A stretch of 64,000 bases of DNA. Source: Chloroflexota bacterium. Lineage in GTDB: Bacteria; Chloroflexota; UBA11872; VXOZ01. The translations under genes and the position numbers were made by a program. The stretch covers positions 2,048,001 through 2,112,000 of the forward strand of contig OZ219802.1 of the NCBI GenBank assembly GCA_964291655.2. The letters run 5' to 3'. This document shows positions 60,337-64,000 of the stretch, piece by piece; the first letter of the stretch is position 1, and every line of letters starts with the position of its first letter. The notes beneath the pieces were generated by a model. It did not search any database and was not told where the DNA came from. It saw only the letters and a list, made by a program, of their open reading frames with translations.

Positions 60337-61500
60337 ATGGCAAGCAAGAAATTCACGGTTCACGCCGGCAATCATGATCGGAACGAGTGCCCGGTTTGGG
60401 CGGCCGCTGACGGGCTGGACCTCTCGGCAAGCTACAATGTGAGCGACGAAGAGACCGGCGCCGAATTGCCCGCGCAAGTGGTGCGGGGCTCCTCCGGCGC
60501 TCACCTCGTCTGGGTAGTGCCGTCCCTGGCCGCGGGCACATCACGTTCGTACACCGTGCGGGAAGGCACAGCGCCGGGCGGCGTGGCGGTGTCGGAGGGC
60601 GAGCACGGTGTGGACGTGCACATGAACGGCGCGCTCTTCACCTCCTATCGCTATGCGCCGCCGGTGGTGAAGCCCTATCTCTATCCGGTTATCGGTCCCA
60701 CCGGCGAGGGTATGACCCGCAACTACCCCATGATTCCCGACGTCCCGGGAGAAAAACACGATCATCCGCACCATAAGTCCATCTACGTCTCCCACGGCGA
60801 GGTGAGCGGCGCCGACGTGTGGAGCGAAGTGGAGGGTCACGGCTACCAGCGGCACGTGACATTCTTGCCTGCCTATGGCGACAGTGGCGAGCACGTGAGC
60901 GGCCCGGTGCTGGGCGCAATCCGCTCCCGCAACGACTGGACGGGGTCGGACGACCAAAAGGTGGTGGAAGACGAGCGGCGCTTTACGTTCTACCCCCTGG
61001 CCTCCGGCGCCCGTTTGATTGACGTGGACATCACGTTCCGCGCCACGGCGGGCCCGGCGCACTTTGGCGATACGAAAGAAGGCGGCATCATTTCGCTGCG
61101 GGTTGCCACCAGCATGGACGCCTCAGACGACGGCCGCATGGAGAACGCCGTTGGCGGCATCGGCGAAGCGGAATGCTGGGGCAAGCGCGCGCAGTGGCTC
61201 GACTATACGGGGCCGGTAAAGGGCGAGACCTTGGGGTTTGCCGTCTACGACCATCCCACCAGCTTCCGGCATCCGACGTACTGGCACGCGCGCAACTACG
61301 GGCTCTTTACCGCCAATCCGTTTGGCCTGCACGACTTCTACGCCAACCCTGGCATAGACGGCAGCCACGTGCTGCCCGAGGGCGGTCTGCTGCGCTTCAA
61401 GTACCGCATCTACGTCCATGCCAGTGACACCGCTACCGCCCAGGTCGCGCAACGCTATCACGACTACATCACCCCGCCGGAGGTTGCTTTAGCGGAGTGA
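60337..61500 (+). CDS. DUF6807 ('PmoA family') protein
   Basis: KPYLYPV, DHPHH, DTKEGG, WGKRAQW, HPTYWHARNYGL. Confidence 0.82.
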   Translation: MASKKFTVHAGNHDRNECPVWAAADGLDLSASYNVSDEETGAELPAQVVRGSSGAHLVWVVPSLAAGTSRSYTVREGTAPGGVAVSEGEHGVDVHMNGALFTSYRYAPPVVKPYLYPVIGPTGEGMTRNYPMIPDVPGEKHDHPHHKSIYVSHGEVSGADVWSEVEGHGYQRHVTFLPAYGDSGEHVSGPVLGAIRSRNDWTGSDDQKVVEDERRFTFYPLASGARLIDVDITFRATAGPAHFGDTKEGGIISLRVATSMDASDDGRMENAVGGIGEAECWGKRAQWLDYTGPVKGETLGFAVYDHPTSFRHPTYWHARNYGLFTANPFGLHDFYANPGIDGSHVLPEGGLLRFKYRIYVHASDTATAQVAQRYHDYITPPEVALAE

Positions 61501-61506
61501 GTCTGA

Positions 61507-61941
61507 AGTGTCTGGGACGTTTGGATCTTTATAGCTTTGCCCGCGGTGCCGTGGCTGGCACGTCGGCTTGGCGACGGCAGGATGAGTTTGCTGGCCTTTG
61601 CGGCCATGGGTGTGGTGTCAGGACTGCTCGCCATCGTGGGGCTGCAATGGCCGGCGCTCGTCATTGCCGCTTTTTTCGGTGTGTTCACCGCCGGCATGCT
61701 GCCCTTGCACAGTGTTGTGCAAGCGGAGACCCCCGACTTCTTGCGCGGACGGGTACTAGCCAACCTTACAATGATTAAGATGCTAGTTATGGCCGGTTCC
61801 GCGACCTTGCTGCAGGCCCTCATCGAACTCACGAGCGCCACCCCGGTATTCCTTGCGACCGGACTTGCCATCCTGGTCTCTGGGGTTGTTCTCCTCTTCT
61901 TCAGAGAGCTAAGGGAAGTCCGGCTTGCCGCGCCCTCGTGA
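61507..61941 (+). pseudogene. C-terminal fragment of an MFS transporter
   Basis: About 4 TM with QAETPDFLRGRV motif; in-frame stop at 61504, so the N-terminal two-thirds is missing. Confidence 0.7.
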
Positions 61942-62082
61942 GCATGTTCGGGTTGACAGGACCTGGAATTCAACATGGCGAGGCTGTCCGCCAAGACCAG
62001 ATTTGACACCCTTTTGTGCAATGGTGCACAATCTTAATTTGGTGACGTGTTCTAGTACTAGTGCAGAAAGAAGGAGATGTAA

Positions 62083-63492
62083 ATGAACACTAGCACCTTG
62101 ATTAGTGGCATCACCCGCCGCAAGATGCTTGGTGGCTTTGCCGTCGGGGCCGGTGCTGTGCTCGCCGCTGCGTGCGGTGGCGCGACTACGGCCATGACCG
62201 ACGAAGCGCCCAAAGAAGAGATGGAAGAGAAGCAGGCCGAGGCGGCGCCAGCGCCTCCCGAAGAGGTCAATATCCTCTATCTCACCTATACCCGTCCGGC
62301 CCGCAACGAGGCCGAGCAGGCGTTGTATGGCGGGTTCCAGGAAGCCAACCCCGGCATCAACCTGGACATCAAGATCGTGGATGGCGGCGGCACCGGCGTG
62401 CGCCAGAACATCCCGATTCTCTTCGCCGCCGGCACGCCCGTGGATCTCTTTGAGAATACCTGGGGCACCTGGCTGCAGTTCGTGGACGGCGACCTGATCG
62501 CTCCGCTGTCCCCGCTGATGGCGCGCGATGGCATCGATCCCTATGAGGCGTTCGTCGCCGAAGGCGTGGACTTCGTCTCGAACCAGGGCGTGACCTGGGG
62601 TTTCCCCGCCAGCATGTCCGTGGACACGTGGGCCTACAACAAGAACATCTTTGATGAGGCAGGCGTGCCGTATCCGCCGTCCGACCCGGCCGATCCGAGC
62701 TGGACGATGGAAGCGTACATCGACGCTATGGAGAAGCTCACCAAGGGTACTGAGCAGTTTGGTATGCGCCGCGGTTACACCGGTTTCAACACCTTTGGCA
62801 TCGGTGACGGCACGTTCTTCGGCGGCCTGGCCTGGGACGCTGAGAACAACAAGGCGACCATGAACAACGATCACTACGTCCAGGGCATCAACTTCTGGAT
62901 CGATATCGAGGACAAGTTCCGCGTGATGCCGACGGCTGATGAGCATACCGCGATCGTTGGCGGCAGGAGCGGTCACCCGTTCTTCACCACCGGCGCTTTT
63001 GGTATCTCCGTGATGTTCGTGGTACCGCCGGAAGCCAAAGAAGCTGCATTCGACTGGGGCATTGGCGCGTTGGCGTACACGGGCGAGCCGCCGAACCACT
63101 CCGGCCGCCACTACACGCACGCGGTCTTCGCGGGCAACTCCGATCACATCGACCAGACGTGGGAAGTGATGAAGTGGTTCTTGCAGGGCGAGAACGGCCT
63201 CACCTATCTTGAGGTGACCGGCCACGTGGTAACGCCCATGCGGCATCTCTTTGACAAGGCCAAGACACACTGGGAAGCCAAGTACGACGGCAAGGTGGAC
63301 GGCACCACGTACTTCCTGGAGGCCCAGCACACGCCGCAGTCCGGTCACGGTATGTTGAAGTACTCCAACTTCTACGATATCCGCGACGTGCTGCAGCCGG
63401 TCTATAACAGCGTGCGCGCACGCGAGGCTTCGGTCGAGGAATTCCTGCCTTTCGCAGAGAAGACCATCAACGAGGACCTCAAAGTCGAGTAG
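62083..63492 (+). CDS. Carbohydrate ABC-type solute-binding lipoprotein with Tat-like signal
   Basis: TRRKMLGG..LAAACGG; YNKNIFDEAGV..WT; AAGGAG RBS. Confidence 0.9.
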   Translation: MNTSTLISGITRRKMLGGFAVGAGAVLAAACGGATTAMTDEAPKEEMEEKQAEAAPAPPEEVNILYLTYTRPARNEAEQALYGGFQEANPGINLDIKIVDGGGTGVRQNIPILFAAGTPVDLFENTWGTWLQFVDGDLIAPLSPLMARDGIDPYEAFVAEGVDFVSNQGVTWGFPASMSVDTWAYNKNIFDEAGVPYPPSDPADPSWTMEAYIDAMEKLTKGTEQFGMRRGYTGFNTFGIGDGTFFGGLAWDAENNKATMNNDHYVQGINFWIDIEDKFRVMPTADEHTAIVGGRSGHPFFTTGAFGISVMFVVPPEAKEAAFDWGIGALAYTGEPPNHSGRHYTHAVFAGNSDHIDQTWEVMKWFLQGENGLTYLEVTGHVVTPMRHLFDKAKTHWEAKYDGKVDGTTYFLEAQHTPQSGHGMLKYSNFYDIRDVLQPVYNSVRAREASVEEFLPFAEKTINEDLKVE

Positions 63493-63550
63493 GACAGAGA
63501 CCGGCATCCAAACGCTCGTTGCTACGAGCGCGCGGATCAGTTCGACAGAG

Positions 63551-63583
63551 AAGGAGGGTCACCCACTGGGTGACCCTCCTTTC
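63551..63583 (+). terminator. Stem-loop terminator
   Basis: AAGGAGGGTCACCCA-C-TGGGTGACCCTCCTT. Confidence 0.7.
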
Positions 63584-63691
63584 GTCTATCCTAAACGCGG
63601 CATCAGGAGAATTGGAATTTGACTGTAGGGAGAGGAAATTACAGCGTTCGCCCAAACGCGTACGGTGGCTCCTCGGTAAGTCAATTTTGTA

Positions 63692-64000
63692 AGTGTTGAG
63701 TAATTCGTTGACAGAAGTCGCTTTCCCGTAGAAGGCGCTACAAGGCCTTGTCATTCCGAGCGTAGCGTCGAACCCTGTTCGCGGAATCTAGGGTCCCTGC
63801 TCAACACACTTTCTCGGCCTCAGCACTCTAGATTCCGCGCTAAGAGCGACACTCCGCTACGCTCCGTTCGGAATCTAAAGTGTTGAGCCTATTGGGCGAC
63901 ACGTTGCATGGGCCCTAGATTCCTCGCTGCGCTCGGAATGACATGATCTGTCAACACTGCCAAATTGGGAGAGGATTCTGTCAACGAATTACTCAACACT
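63692..64000. mobile_element. MITE-like element with perfect 25-bp TIRs
   Basis: AGTGTTGAGTAATTCGTTGACAGAA (63692) / TTCTGTCAACGAATTACTCAACACT (63976-64000); internal GTCATTCCGAGCG..CGCTCGGAATGAC pair. Confidence 0.75.

Noticed and set aside
60337-61500. Particulate methane monooxygenase subunit
   Set aside because: Soluble DUF6807-type protein with no TM helices and no pmoCB; the family name is misleading

Overview
A 64-kb window of GC-rich bacterial chromosome. A Chloroflexota origin is inferred from the EF-Tu and MurE signatures, the Tat-lipoprotein solute-binding proteins and the repeat families; this was not verified by any search. Core genes: a cell-wall/division cluster (ftsE-ftsX-second ftsE-M23 hydrolase-class A PBP), tRNA-Thr-tuf-rpmG-secE-nusG-rplK-rplA, dispersed murE, murD and mraY, pabB, a DciA/DUF721 gene, and recF preceded by two perfect parS sites. 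Between them lie catabolic genes (SDRs, Gfo/Idh/MocA, gluconolactonases, sulfatase-like, CocE, orphan solute-binding proteins) and a PIN toxin-antitoxin pair. Intergenic DNA is very rich in REP-like palindromes and small mobile elements. One palindrome type (CCCTCACCCC..CCCTCTCCC..GGGAGAGGG) repeatedly hosts GAGACC-ended MITEs, IS481-type MITEs and a remnant, and IS1182 with its MITE, often nested. Best leads: (1) this nested landing-pad system; (2) a lower-GC, probably leaderless wHTH + 32-aa repeat + pPIWI-associated-nuclease-like protein; (3) the duplicated FtsE with a degenerate D-loop; (4) a REP-derived exact 24-bp tandem array upstream of mraY; (5) an in-frame amber codon in an otherwise intact gluconolactonase gene. 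No CRISPR array, rRNA, prophage or DGR is supported. Family assignments come from motif recognition only.
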